From: a virus
Lineage: Duplodnaviria > Caudoviricetes
Length of the DNA stretch: 64,000 nt
IMG/VR virus record: IMGVR_UViG_3300036770_003093
Span: 54,244-118,243 of that record
Reading direction: 5' to 3' (one strand)
Positions 28,807-38,663 of the stretch are shown here, one piece after another. A program made the position numbers and the translations under genes. Below the pieces are notes generated by a model that saw only the letters and a list, made by a program, of their open reading frames with translations, was not told the origin of the DNA and ran no database searches. The first letter of the stretch is position 1. The number at the start of each line of letters is the position of its first letter.

Positions 28807-28944
28807 ATGGAAGAATTAGATAAAAAGTTTCAAGAATTAGGTTGGAGAGACACAACCGAGGCATATTATGGATTGGATTTTACTCCTTTCATGAGTATCA
28901 TTATAGAACACATTTCAGAAATCTCTAAAAAACAAGAACTATGA
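28807..28944 (+). CDS. Small hypothetical protein
   Basis: ATG after the tRNA-like element; ATGA overlap with the next gene. Confidence 0.55.
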   Translation: MEELDKKFQELGWRDTTEAYYGLDFTPFMSIIIEHISEISKKQEL

Positions 28945-29300
28945 AAGGATTAATCTTATTTAAGCTCATATCTGCTATGATAATGGTAGAGAGTGGTGGT
29001 AACCCTAATGCATTTAACCCTAAAGAAGATGCCGCAGGTGTACTACAAATCAGGCCAATTATGGTCGCTGAACTTAACAGATTAGGAATAGAGTTTAGTC
29101 TTGATGACAGATACTCTAAAACAAAATCTGTAGAAGCATTTGAGAAATGGGTTGAAATCAAGAACTATACTAATCCAGAGGTAATTGCTAGAAAATGGAA
29201 TGGTGGTCCTAGTGGCCACCTTAAACCTACTACTCTTAACTACTGGAGAAAGGTTAGTAATTTGATGTACCCCAAATTTTATAAATGTGACCTCAGATGA
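28941..29300 (+). CDS. Lysozyme-like / lytic transglycosylase domain protein
   Basis: AMIMVESGGN (catalytic E), AAGVLQI and RKWNGGP motifs. Confidence 0.8.
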   Translation: MKGLILFKLISAMIMVESGGNPNAFNPKEDAAGVLQIRPIMVAELNRLGIEFSLDDRYSKTKSVEAFEKWVEIKNYTNPEVIARKWNGGPSGHLKPTTLNYWRKVSNLMYPKFYKCDLR

Positions 29301-29725
29301 AGATTCCACAAACACCTAAAGATTTTGTAAAAGACATCTTAGAACTTTTGGAAAGAAACACATATCAAGGCTTTGAAAAAGAGTATTTGTATGCAATGTA
29401 CCTAGAGCTTGTTAGTAAGGAAAAGTTTCCGCAGCCTAAATTTAAAGTTGGTGAATATGTATATGTTCATACAAAAAACTTAGGCTACGGTTACAGCGAA
29501 GAAAATTCTCAAAAGAAAGATCTTATATTCTTCATTGACAACGCTCCTTATGTGATGGGTATAATCACAGACTTTTCTATTTATAATAGAAGATCTTATG
29601 AGGTTAAAACCTATTTTGCTGATAACCGTGATCCTGAAAAAGAATCTGATATAAAAAGGTTTACTGAAAGCGAACTCATAAAAATGTCAGAATACTGTAA
29701 GAATCCCTTGTTAGAAAAAGATTGA
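29297..29725 (+). CDS. Hypothetical protein
   Basis: PKFKVGEYVYV, SH3-like. Confidence 0.7.
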   Translation: MKIPQTPKDFVKDILELLERNTYQGFEKEYLYAMYLELVSKEKFPQPKFKVGEYVYVHTKNLGYGYSEENSQKKDLIFFIDNAPYVMGIITDFSIYNRRSYEVKTYFADNRDPEKESDIKRFTESELIKMSEYCKNPLLEKD

Positions 29726-29801
29726 CAGAGAGGTAGATTGTTTATATATGGGGAGGTGAGAAGTCTCCCCATTTATAAATTTTATTTATTTAACTTTGCT
29801 C

Positions 29802-30071
29802 GTGCTGTATCAATTACCAAACGGAAAAGTAATCTCAATGTCACTTGAGCAATACCTTCAGTTAGATCATGAAGAGATACAATTCTTGATTTCTCTTGAT
29901 TGTGGCAGCATAATTCACAACCCATTTAGTGGGTCCTCAATTAATAAATCTCAAAGATACTATGATCCTGACCTTGATGAGATTGTAGATGATAATGAAG
30001 ATATAGAATCTTTTGAAGATATAATTGTTGATGATATCGACTTATTAGAGGACATAGATCCTCTCGAATAA
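29802..30071 (+). CDS. Acidic hypothetical protein
   Basis: Follows a TAACTTTG element at 29791; the start codon is uncertain. Confidence 0.65.
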   Translation: MLYQLPNGKVISMSLEQYLQLDHEEIQFLISLDCGSIIHNPFSGSSINKSQRYYDPDLDEIVDDNEDIESFEDIIVDDIDLLEDIDPLE

Positions 30072-30166
30072 TATTGCAACACGAAGTTGTGATACTCTAC
30101 TGTGCATAAAGGCCCGTGCGCAGTGGAGTTTTTTAATTTTGGGCTTAACCAATTCAATCATTTTTT

Positions 30167-30703
30167 ATGAACCCAGTTGTAGTAACAGCAGACCAACTTG
30201 GAAATGTAATCATCCCTAGCGAGAATAACGCTGAATGGGGACATGTCAGGGTAGAACAAACCCGAGTACAAATTGATGACAAAGGATTCTTGCGCAAATC
30301 TAAAATGAGCGCTCTTATCCATGGTAAAATGGAAGATCTCACAGAAATGGGATTCTTCAAAGGCCAAAAGTTGCCTGGTAAAATCGTCGTAATCGAGTCT
30401 TTAGAGCCATTTAATACTAAAGAACCGGCACGCGATTACAAAGTTGCTGGTGCTACCGGTGTTGTTTGTTGCGTTGATGGTCAACCCATCTACCGTAAAA
30501 CATTCTTCCGTGAAGATATCAATGCACAAGATGAAACCATTCAGCACAACAACACAGATGATATCAAAGCTGCTTATCAAGCAACCTTGGCATCTACTCG
30601 TGTTCAACCTACTTTTGAAGAAGAAGAGGTTGAAGAAGAGGAAGAAGTGTTCGCCGGTGATGATGACAGCGATGACACCATCCAAGGCACATTTGATCTG
30701 TAA
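30167..30703 (+). CDS. Hypothetical protein with an acidic tail (possible ssDNA-binding protein)
   Basis: Beta-rich core and an acidic tail ending FDL. Confidence 0.55.
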   Translation: MNPVVVTADQLGNVIIPSENNAEWGHVRVEQTRVQIDDKGFLRKSKMSALIHGKMEDLTEMGFFKGQKLPGKIVVIESLEPFNTKEPARDYKVAGATGVVCCVDGQPIYRKTFFREDINAQDETIQHNNTDDIKAAYQATLASTRVQPTFEEEEVEEEEEVFAGDDDSDDTIQGTFDL

Positions 30704-30778
30704 TTATGTATTAACGATAACGGGGGCTCCTAGTGGGCCCCCAATATCAAAATTGTAAATTAAATCTATCTATCAATC

Positions 30779-31276
30779 ATGTCACAAAAACCTTATTCAA
30801 AACCAATGTACTCTGGCAAAATGCAGGAGTACCAAGTCTCTCCCAAGCGAGTAATGAATTATGAAAAAGATGAATTCTCGCAGTACCAAAACTTTCTTTA
30901 TCACAGAGCTATATATGGCTTAAAAGTGTATGAAGAAACAGAACTTAAAGTTATGAGCAAACAGAAAAAATCTCGTATCTTTAAAGTTCATAAGAGAGCA
31001 CAGCAAGTCATCAATCTAATGAAACACGAAGTTGTAATGGATCGCACAAACCGGTTATTTACCGCATTGTTCCCTAAAAGCAGCCTCGTGCAAGAGTTAC
31101 TTGCTGAAAAAGAACCCTCCTTAGAAGTAGTAAATACCTCTTCTTTTAAAGAACTCAACATCTCTAAGAAAGATTTAGTTGAGAGATTTATTAAAGAGCG
31201 TATTTTACCACCAAACTTCTATCAACTTGAACAAGATCCTAATTTTCTACCTCGACTAAAAGCTTGTGAAAGCTAA
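30779..31276 (+). CDS. Hypothetical protein
   Basis: 165-aa ORF. Confidence 0.7.
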   Translation: MSQKPYSKPMYSGKMQEYQVSPKRVMNYEKDEFSQYQNFLYHRAIYGLKVYEETELKVMSKQKKSRIFKVHKRAQQVINLMKHEVVMDRTNRLFTALFPKSSLVQELLAEKEPSLEVVNTSSFKELNISKKDLVERFIKERILPPNFYQLEQDPNFLPRLKACES

Positions 31277-31667
31277 AAAGAAAATATGTTCGTCTTGTAA
31301 AAGGGAGTCCCTCATATGGAAGAGCGTGGGGCGTGAAAAGTATTGTAAATCATGCTGGAGTTGCCAAAAACCTAGTCAAGAATTGCAGACTAAAAAACCA
31401 ATACGCCCCCGCTCTCCTAAGAGGGTTTTAGATGATGCTCTGTACACAAAACTCAGAAAAGTATTCATGGATAAAAATCCATTGTGTAAAGCTAATCTTC
31501 CAGGATGTACGCTGAATGCTACAGATGTGCATCATAAAGCTGGTCGCACTGGCGATAATCATTTAAAAGAATCAACCTGGCTGCCTGTATGTAGAACCTG
31601 TCATAATTATATTCATGACAAACTTAGCATGGAGGACGCCATAACTCTAAATCTTAGAACACGATGA
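31266..31667 (+). CDS. HNH-type Zn-binding nuclease
   Basis: CxxC pairs and DVHHKAGR...VCRTCHNYIH. Confidence 0.75.
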   Translation: MKAKKKICSSCKRESLIWKSVGREKYCKSCWSCQKPSQELQTKKPIRPRSPKRVLDDALYTKLRKVFMDKNPLCKANLPGCTLNATDVHHKAGRTGDNHLKESTWLPVCRTCHNYIHDKLSMEDAITLNLRTR

Positions 31668-31763
31668 CTTACACAACCTATGACATAGTATTTTCACTGA
31701 TATACTTACTAATAGTATTAGCAATATTTCTAGTTACAATTATCGCAATAACAAATAGTTTAA

Positions 31764-32852
31764 ATGACACGAGATCAGATACAAGGAGAAGCGCTGGTAG
31801 CTTTAAAAGGAAAAAAGAAAGCTGGTTTAGCTGTAAGCGTTGGCGTAGGTAAAACGCTAATCGCATTAAAACACATAGACTCTCTTTATACAGAGAACCT
31901 AACGGTTTTAGTAGTTGCCCCAAAGAAGAGTATTTTCCAATCTTGGAAAGATGAAGCTAAAAAACATAACCTCGAGCATTTACTCGAGCACATTAGCTTT
32001 ACAACATACTTATCTTTGAATAAACAGAGTATCCATTACGATGTAGTTTACCTAGACGAGTGTCACTCTTTGTTGTTTTCACATCAAGATTGGTTAGCAA
32101 ACTATACCGGCGCCGTGATTGGCTTAACAGGCACGCCACCTAAATACAAATCTTCTGAGAAAGGTATTATGGTTGAACGCTATTGCCCAATCGTATACCG
32201 GTATATTACTGATGACGCAGTTAAAGACGAGATTCTTAACGATTATAGAATCAAAGTTCATATGCTTAAGCTTAATCCTAATAAGTCTATTTGTAAGACA
32301 AGCAAGGATGGCCGCCGCTCTTGGTATACTAGCGAACTAGCAGAGTATAATTACTGGACCCAGGCAACAATCACAGCTAATTCTCCTAAACAACAACAGA
32401 TCATGCGTATAATGCGCATGAAAGCGTTAATGGAGTTCCCGAGCAAAGAACAATATGCTCAAAAGCTGTTTAATGCCAGCCAGGAGAAATGCATTCTCTT
32501 TACCAACACACAAAAGCAGGCTGATAAGATGTGTAGCCACAGTTATCATTCTAACAATCCCCAATCTGAAGAGAACCTGGAAGATTTTAAGAATGGATAT
32601 ATAACTAAGCTATCCTGCGTATTACAGCTTAATGAAGGTGTTAATATCCCCAATCTTAAAGAAGGGATTATTATGCACGCATATGGTAATGAGCGCAAAT
32701 CTAGTCAGCGCATAGGTCGATTATTACGTTTATCTGCAGATCAAACAGCGACTATACACATTTTGTGTTATGTTAACACCATAGATGAAAAGTGGGTTAA
32801 CGAAGCCATTTCTCACCTAGACTTAACAAAAGTAGAAATCATAATTGTTTAA
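31764..32852 (+). CDS. Superfamily 2 helicase
   Basis: VGVGKT, LDECH, GLTGT, LNEGVNIP and QRIGRLLR motifs. Confidence 0.9.
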   Translation: MTRDQIQGEALVALKGKKKAGLAVSVGVGKTLIALKHIDSLYTENLTVLVVAPKKSIFQSWKDEAKKHNLEHLLEHISFTTYLSLNKQSIHYDVVYLDECHSLLFSHQDWLANYTGAVIGLTGTPPKYKSSEKGIMVERYCPIVYRYITDDAVKDEILNDYRIKVHMLKLNPNKSICKTSKDGRRSWYTSELAEYNYWTQATITANSPKQQQIMRIMRMKALMEFPSKEQYAQKLFNASQEKCILFTNTQKQADKMCSHSYHSNNPQSEENLEDFKNGYITKLSCVLQLNEGVNIPNLKEGIIMHAYGNERKSSQRIGRLLRLSADQTATIHILCYVNTIDEKWVNEAISHLDLTKVEIIIV

Positions 32853-32854
32853 CT

Positions 32855-33028
32855 ATGTACTCATCAAATTTACCACCGGGGACCTCAGATAAAGACTTTG
32901 AAAGAAATCTTTGTCCTAACTGTGATTCTGAAATTATTTCAGAGATGTCTCAAGATGAAATTTCTGGATTAAAACTGTGTCCAACATGTATACAAGAATA
33001 TCGCTACGACAATGAAGATAGAGAATAA
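32855..33028 (+). CDS. Small Zn-finger protein (57 aa)
   Basis: MYSSNLPPG...CPNC...CPTC; below the ORF-track cut-off. Confidence 0.65.
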   Translation: MYSSNLPPGTSDKDFERNLCPNCDSEIISEMSQDEISGLKLCPTCIQEYRYDNEDRE

Positions 33029-33428
33029 AGACATACTGCTTGGCGTTTTAAACTGTACACCTAAAGAGCTAAGAAAATTAAAAAAGCTTTTTAAAAAGCT
33101 CCATAAGTATAATATAACCCTTGATGAAGTAATTACTACAGCAAGGGGACAATATATTACTCAAACGGAGCCTTTGACATATGGAAAACTAGTCAAAACA
33201 TCTTTTTACATGTTACATGGTTTACTCATAGCTTATTTCTATGGGCGAGCCAAAAATGCAAAAACAGATAAAGAGCTTAACATGGTCGAACTCTTTATTG
33301 AAAAGGTAAGCTACTCACCAAATCTTGAAAAACTAAAGTTTGATAACTTACTAGATGATCTACCACTAGACGGTGATTTATCTGAAGACTATGATTATTT
33401 TATTTATCTCTTAAACCAAAAACCATGA
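33012..33428 (+). CDS. Hypothetical protein
   Basis: ORF within the operon. Confidence 0.65.
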   Translation: MKIENKDILLGVLNCTPKELRKLKKLFKKLHKYNITLDEVITTARGQYITQTEPLTYGKLVKTSFYMLHGLLIAYFYGRAKNAKTDKELNMVELFIEKVSYSPNLEKLKFDNLLDDLPLDGDLSEDYDYFIYLLNQKP

Positions 33429-33781
33429 CAACAGACATTAAAGCAACAAAAAAGAAACTTGAGCTAATCAAGAGAATTTACGAGCACATTGAGCAAAATG
33501 ATGTAAAAAATGCTAGAGATCTTAGAACCGAAATGAAATGCGATTCTAGATTAATAGGCTTTCTATTTAAAAACAACCTTATCAAAAAAGAAAATGGTAA
33601 GCTTGTAATTGGTAGAAACTCTACACCATCTATTGCTTTAGCAAGAACTTATCAAAGTTACATTGAAGTTGAAAATGCTAAATCAAGAAGTATGAAAAAA
33701 GGTAGAAATACTGAAAAAGGAATCGCTCCAACAAGAAGAACCTTTAGTATCTTATGGGGTTTATTTAAGATTTCCTGGTAA
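33425..33781 (+). CDS. Hypothetical protein (HTH-like)
   Basis: ORF followed by a hairpin at ~33791-33816. Confidence 0.65.
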   Translation: MTTDIKATKKKLELIKRIYEHIEQNDVKNARDLRTEMKCDSRLIGFLFKNNLIKKENGKLVIGRNSTPSIALARTYQSYIEVENAKSRSMKKGRNTEKGIAPTRRTFSILWGLFKISW

Positions 33782-33831
33782 TTTAATTAGCGCCCTCCTG
33801 TTTATAAGGAGGGCGCATTAACCCAAAGCTT

Positions 33832-34377
33832 ATGTTTCCTGAATTTGTAATATTTACCGGCCCCATGTTTGGCGGTAAAACCACTAGGTTATTATCCGTG
33901 CTAGAAAGAGCGCGGTACCAAAAGAAAAAGATTATTCTTTACAAACCCAAGATAGATTCTAGATACTCTCTAGATCATGTATTAACCCATAGCGGTTTAT
34001 CTTGGGAATGTAAAACCGTTGTTACTGGAGATGACATCTTAACTAACAGCAAAGATTATGATATCATTGCTGTAGATGAAGCATTTCTAATCCAAGGTTT
34101 ATCTCAAGCGTTATTAACGCTGTTTAAACAAGGTAAGACTATATACGTAAGTAGTATTCAATTATCAGCAGAAGGTGAGCCTTTTGATGAGATAAAAGAG
34201 ATTTTACCCTACGCCACAAAGATAGAGATCTGTCCCGCGGTGTGTCCTATCACCAGCCAAGATGCTTATTACACAATAGCTAAAGAAAAGACAGAACACT
34301 TTCAAGTTGGCGGTAGTGAAACATATGAACCAAGAAGTTTTTATTACTCAAAACTATACTTTAAGAACAAGCTATGA
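33832..34377 (+). CDS. tdk: Thymidine kinase
   Basis: GPMFGGKTTRL, IDSRY, VDEAFL and VGGSETYEP motifs. Confidence 0.9.
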   Translation: MFPEFVIFTGPMFGGKTTRLLSVLERARYQKKKIILYKPKIDSRYSLDHVLTHSGLSWECKTVVTGDDILTNSKDYDIIAVDEAFLIQGLSQALLTLFKQGKTIYVSSIQLSAEGEPFDEIKEILPYATKIEICPAVCPITSQDAYYTIAKEKTEHFQVGGSETYEPRSFYYSKLYFKNKL

Positions 34378-34760
34378 CACAACAAATTAAACCCGCATAC
34401 GCAACCCCTGAACAAGCTAAATGGCTTAAAGAGAAAGGATTTGATGAGCTAACAACTGTATGGAGACAGCACGGAAATGGTGTATCTGGAGATGTTGAAG
34501 GTAAACGAGATTATTATAACAGAAAAGGTGATGTTTATATATCTTTACCCGAACAACATCAAGTAGTTGAATGGTTAAGAGTTAATCATGGTATTCATAT
34601 TGAAATACTACTAGAAGAAAATAAACCTTGGAATAAATTTTATTACAGAATAATGAAAATAGGTCAATATTTTAGTTTAAGTCATGATGGTATTTATTCA
34701 GAAACACCACAAGAAGCTTATTCAGCAGCATTTGATTACATTTTAAATGATTTGATATGA
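34374..34760 (+). CDS. Hypothetical protein (LKEKGFD family)
   Basis: Paralogous to the next gene. Confidence 0.7.
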   Translation: MTQQIKPAYATPEQAKWLKEKGFDELTTVWRQHGNGVSGDVEGKRDYYNRKGDVYISLPEQHQVVEWLRVNHGIHIEILLEENKPWNKFYYRIMKIGQYFSLSHDGIYSETPQEAYSAAFDYILNDLI

Positions 34761-35200
34761 CACAACAAGAAATACAAGAAAACACAAACTATGAAAAGGA
34801 ATTTGTGCTTTATGAACAAGCCCTAGCATTAAAAGAACTAGGGTTTGATGAACCTTTTAAAATTTTTGACCAAGCTATTGTCTTTAGAAATAAAGGTATA
34901 TGTATGGCTAATGAATATGCTTTAGAATATTTTGATTTTTATGGTGATGAAGTTATATCAGCACCACTTTACCAGCAAGTATTTAGATGGTTTAGAGAGA
35001 AGTATGGTTTATGTTCTTGGATAGAAAGAATGTATACAGCAGATAGTATTTGTTATTATAGATACACGTGTGAATATAAAAAGGATCCTTCATCAAAGAC
35101 TCATGAAGTTATACTTAGTATTAAAGAATATAATACCTACGAAGAAGCAGAACTTGCTTGTCTTAAAAAACTAATCGAAATCGTTAAACAACAACTATGA
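34757..35200 (+). CDS. Hypothetical protein (LKELGFD family)
   Basis: APLYQQVFRWFREKYGL...YEEAELACL. Confidence 0.7.
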   Translation: MTQQEIQENTNYEKEFVLYEQALALKELGFDEPFKIFDQAIVFRNKGICMANEYALEYFDFYGDEVISAPLYQQVFRWFREKYGLCSWIERMYTADSICYYRYTCEYKKDPSSKTHEVILSIKEYNTYEEAELACLKKLIEIVKQQL

Positions 35201-35424
35201 GCAACAAACAACAAACAGCAGTTGAGTGGTTAGCATCTCAATTAGGAAAACATATTATTTGGGAAGAAAAGATAATAGACATAATCGAACAAGCCAAAGA
35301 ACTTGAAAAGCAGCAGATTATTGATGCTTATGATTTAGGTAGCTTATCAGATATGCAATACCCTGACCCTAAAACAGTAATTGAAAATGGCGAACAATAC
35401 TACAACGAAACCTTTAACAAATAA
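35197..35424 (+). CDS. Hypothetical protein (QTAVEWL type)
   Basis: QTAVEWL...EQYYNETF. Confidence 0.7.
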   Translation: MSNKQQTAVEWLASQLGKHIIWEEKIIDIIEQAKELEKQQIIDAYDLGSLSDMQYPDPKTVIENGEQYYNETFNK

Positions 35425-35427
35425 CCC

Positions 35428-35637
35428 ATGAACAACAACAAACAAGAAACACTTGAAGAGGCTGCTGAAAAGTATTGGGCTAAACAACCTTATAATCAAG
35501 ATGCTTTTGAAGAAGGTGCTAAATGGCAAGCAGAGAGAATGTATAGCGAGGAAGAAGTTAAACGTATTTTAATGAAAACAGGTAACTATACAAAGATAAC
35601 TTTAGATACATGGTTTGAACAATTTAAAAAGAAGTAA
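35428..35637 (+). CDS. Hypothetical protein (KQETLEEAAE type)
   Basis: Ends WFEQFKKK. Confidence 0.7.
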   Translation: MNNNKQETLEEAAEKYWAKQPYNQDAFEEGAKWQAERMYSEEEVKRILMKTGNYTKITLDTWFEQFKKK

Positions 35638-35638
35638 T

Positions 35639-35911
35639 ATGAAACAGTTAATAGTAATTTTATCAGTATTTTTATTATTTAGTTGTAATTCTGATTATAA
35701 AGTAGTTAATACAAAAATAGTAAAAGGAAGAGTTTCTGCAATTGAAGAAGGCTACATAGGTACAAGGACATCAAAACTACCTAAAATATATATTCAGGAT
35801 AACAAACAGACTATCACAATAGACATACCGTTTGCTAATGAAAATGATTACAAAATAGGTGATAGCATTAGTGTTATTATTCAACAAGTTGAACAATTTA
35901 AAAAGAAGTAA
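35639..35911 (+). CDS. Putative lipoprotein
   Basis: MKQLIVILSVFLLFSC lipobox; flanked by 28-nt direct repeats. Confidence 0.7.
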   Translation: MKQLIVILSVFLLFSCNSDYKVVNTKIVKGRVSAIEEGYIGTRTSKLPKIYIQDNKQTITIDIPFANENDYKIGDSISVIIQQVEQFKKK

Positions 35912-35912
35912 T

Positions 35913-36494
35913 ATGACACACAACATTATCAAAACCGAAAACTATCTTCTTATTGTAAGTGATGAAATACCTACTACATGGTACTATGACACTTACATAA
36001 ATCAGGTGCGACATACGGGAGGTGCTGAATATGGGGATAGTTCTATTACTAAAAAAGTGATTGGTCATTTACCACTCAACAACTCACCTGTTCTTGAAGG
36101 TGTACCCCTTTTGCCACCGCTTGAAGATGAAGCTGAAAGTTTATCTTTAAAATCTGTGAATAAAAGAGGGTACACAACAGATGATTATCAAGATGGTTTT
36201 GAGGATGGCTACAACAAAGCCAAAGAGAAGTATAAGTTTACAGAGGATGATTTGAGAGAGGCTTTATTTGAAGCATTAAATACACCAAAAGAAGAATGTT
36301 GTGTGAGTTACACAAAAGACAGTATTGTTCGTAGAGTAATCCAATCCCTCCAACAACCAAAGATGCCTGTTGCGTTTGAGTGTGATATGGAAAACAAGAT
36401 TGCTATTGATGGTCATACAGTAATAGGTAGTGAGCCAAAAACCACAACCAACCCCCAAGGCCAAACCGTTTTGGTAGGCAAATACATTTACTAA
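35913..36494 (+). CDS. Hypothetical protein
   Basis: Starts MTHNIIKT. Confidence 0.7.
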   Translation: MTHNIIKTENYLLIVSDEIPTTWYYDTYINQVRHTGGAEYGDSSITKKVIGHLPLNNSPVLEGVPLLPPLEDEAESLSLKSVNKRGYTTDDYQDGFEDGYNKAKEKYKFTEDDLREALFEALNTPKEECCVSYTKDSIVRRVIQSLQQPKMPVAFECDMENKIAIDGHTVIGSEPKTTTNPQGQTVLVGKYIY

Positions 36495-36520
36495 AAACTT
36501 AATACCTTTGAAGAAAAACT

Positions 36521-36775
36521 ATGACTACAATTACTTTTGTAAACGGGTGGAAAGAAAGCTACCAACACATTAATCTTATTCCACACACGCAGATCGTGCG
36601 TAAAAAACCAGGTAAAGTTGAATCCTGCATGAAAGGGTGCATCAATACCAAAAAGTGTAAAGATCCTTTCTGCACACAAATCTTAGAAAAAAGAAGAGAG
36701 ATTGTGATCAGCTGGTTAGGATTTACTCTGAACATCATTACTGTAGAACACACAATAGATAAACCTAACAACTAA
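36521..36775 (+). CDS. Hypothetical Cys-containing protein
   Basis: Follows a TACCTTTG element at 36503-36510. Confidence 0.55.
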   Translation: MTTITFVNGWKESYQHINLIPHTQIVRKKPGKVESCMKGCINTKKCKDPFCTQILEKRREIVISWLGFTLNIITVEHTIDKPNN

Positions 36776-37161
36776 TGTTTCACGGCGTTCTTAAGAAAGA
36801 AAATGGAAAGCTTGTATACTCTGATCATGCTGAGAAATTAAAGTATGATCTGTTTTTAAAGAACCTGCCCGAGGGTGCCACAATCGAAATCTATGTAGAA
36901 GCCGTTAAATCTGATGGGAGTGTAGCCCAGCTTGCTAAAGTTCATGCTATGATAAGAGAACTCGCAAATTTCCTGGGTTACACTTTCGAGGAGATGAAAT
37001 ATGAGGTAAAAGAAAAAGCCGGTTTATGCCTTGTTAAAGACATAAACGGCTCTCAAGTAAAAGTGTGCAAATCTTTTGCAGCCTGTTCTAAAATGGAACT
37101 AGGTATGGCTATCAATGCCTGCCTAGAAATTGGAGATATAGTAGGTTTTAACCTTCACTAG
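36775..37161 (+). CDS. NinB/YbcN-like protein
   Basis: SVAQLAKVHAMIRELA...SKMELGMAI pattern. Confidence 0.55.
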   Translation: MFHGVLKKENGKLVYSDHAEKLKYDLFLKNLPEGATIEIYVEAVKSDGSVAQLAKVHAMIRELANFLGYTFEEMKYEVKEKAGLCLVKDINGSQVKVCKSFAACSKMELGMAINACLEIGDIVGFNLH

Positions 37162-37471
37162 TAGGTTCTACATACCCCTCGTCTCCAGGTTCTAGAATTT
37201 CTTTCTCATTAAACTGCTTTTGCTCTACAGAAGCATTCTCGATTTCACTAAGCAAAATGAAAAGCGTTTGAATATCAAAAGCTTCTGGATTACTGTTGTA
37301 AAACTCAGGAGACTTTTCTGATGCTTGTGGATTCAAAAATTCTTTTACAATCTCTGGATCAAGTTTGTTTAACTGACGAAAAAGCATAGATTTTACACGC
37401 TTATAGAAAAATCCACTGATTTTAATTGACACCAAATGGTCATCTTGAAGTTCCTTAACTGTAACAGCCAT
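37148..37471 (-). CDS. Hypothetical protein, lone antisense gene
   Basis: Fills the gap between two plus-strand genes; minus-strand TATATTTG at 37496-37503. Confidence 0.75.
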   Translation of the reverse strand: MAVTVKELQDDHLVSIKISGFFYKRVKSMLFRQLNKLDPEIVKEFLNPQASEKSPEFYNSNPEAFDIQTLFILLSEIENASVEQKQFNEKEILEPGDEGYVEPTSEG

Positions 37472-37491
37472 AATTTAAATGTTTAAAGTTT

Positions 37492-38202
37492 ATGACAAAT
37501 ATAGATATAGATTCCATACGAGACAAATTACACGCAAAATTAGAACCATCTGGTTGGGCTACAGTACTTAGACACTTTATTTACAGCGACGAGTTTACTA
37601 AAATTATAGTAAAGCTAGAGCATGAAACTAAAGAAGGTAGAAGATTTACTCCTTCTCTTAGTAAAATGTTCAGCGCTTTTTATGATTGTCCCTATGATAA
37701 GTTAAGTGTAGTCATGATTGGACAAGATCCTTATCCCTATGTAGGGGTAGCTGATGGTAAAGCTTTTTCTGTGAGTAATGATTCTAAACATGTGCCGCCG
37801 TCGCTAAAGTATATCTTTAAAGAGATAGAGCGCACAGTATACAAAGAGAAAAAGAACTTTCAACCAGATTTATCAAGGTGGTCTAATCAAGGCATATTGT
37901 TACTAAACATTGCTCTTACCACAACTGTAAACAAAGTAGGCCAACATTATCTTATCTGGCAACCATTTCTAGCTTATCTCTTTGATATGCTCAATTGGCA
38001 CAAGCCTCAAACTATCTATGTTTACATGGGTAAAAAAGCTAGTGATTGGCAAGATAGTGTATCTGACAACAACAAAAAGTTAGTAACTTCACATCCCGCA
38101 TCCGCAGCTCATAATAAACTTGAGAACTGGGATTCCGGGGATGTATTCAACAAGATAAACGAATGTCTACAGAAACTAGAGAAGCCACAGATAGAGTGGT
38201 AA
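37492..38202 (+). CDS. ung: Uracil-DNA glycosylase (family 1)
   Basis: GQDPYP, PPSL, QGILLLN and SHPAS motifs. Confidence 0.92.
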   Translation: MTNIDIDSIRDKLHAKLEPSGWATVLRHFIYSDEFTKIIVKLEHETKEGRRFTPSLSKMFSAFYDCPYDKLSVVMIGQDPYPYVGVADGKAFSVSNDSKHVPPSLKYIFKEIERTVYKEKKNFQPDLSRWSNQGILLLNIALTTTVNKVGQHYLIWQPFLAYLFDMLNWHKPQTIYVYMGKKASDWQDSVSDNNKKLVTSHPASAAHNKLENWDSGDVFNKINECLQKLEKPQIEW

Positions 38203-38663
38203 TGAATCCAAATTACTACTACGATTTACATCAAGAAATCTCTAGATTTTGTAAACGTATCGCGCGGCTGTATGATGTTACACTCCATGTAACAACACTA
38301 CAAACCATAGATATTGTCACAAAGCTTCCTCTAGAAACAATAGAGAGCGCAGTAAATGCTGTCATTGAAAAAGAGTATCCCGGCGAAACTGTAAAGACTT
38401 TAAGCCGTGGTGGAGCTATTTATAGACAAGTGTTTTCTAAGATTGCTAGTGATCTAGGTCATGTAAAATTGCACATCGCCGCTTATCTTGGTCAAAACCA
38501 CACTACAGTTTTATACTCTATAAGAACCATCACAAACCTTATAGAAGTCAAAGACTACAACACGTTACTAATCCATAACAAATGCATTCATGAGCTTAAA
38601 TCCAAAGAACAAACTTATAACTCTTTTTCAACAGACTCTGAACCTGTCGATAACACCCAATGA
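38202..38663 (+). CDS. Protein with a DnaA C-terminal-like HTH
   Basis: IAAYLGQNHTTVLYSIRTI resembles DnaA domain IV (GRDHTTV); TAATG coupling to ung. Confidence 0.65.
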   Translation: MNPNYYYDLHQEISRFCKRIARLYDVTLHVTTLQTIDIVTKLPLETIESAVNAVIEKEYPGETVKTLSRGGAIYRQVFSKIASDLGHVKLHIAAYLGQNHTTVLYSIRTITNLIEVKDYNTLLIHNKCIHELKSKEQTYNSFSTDSEPVDNTQ

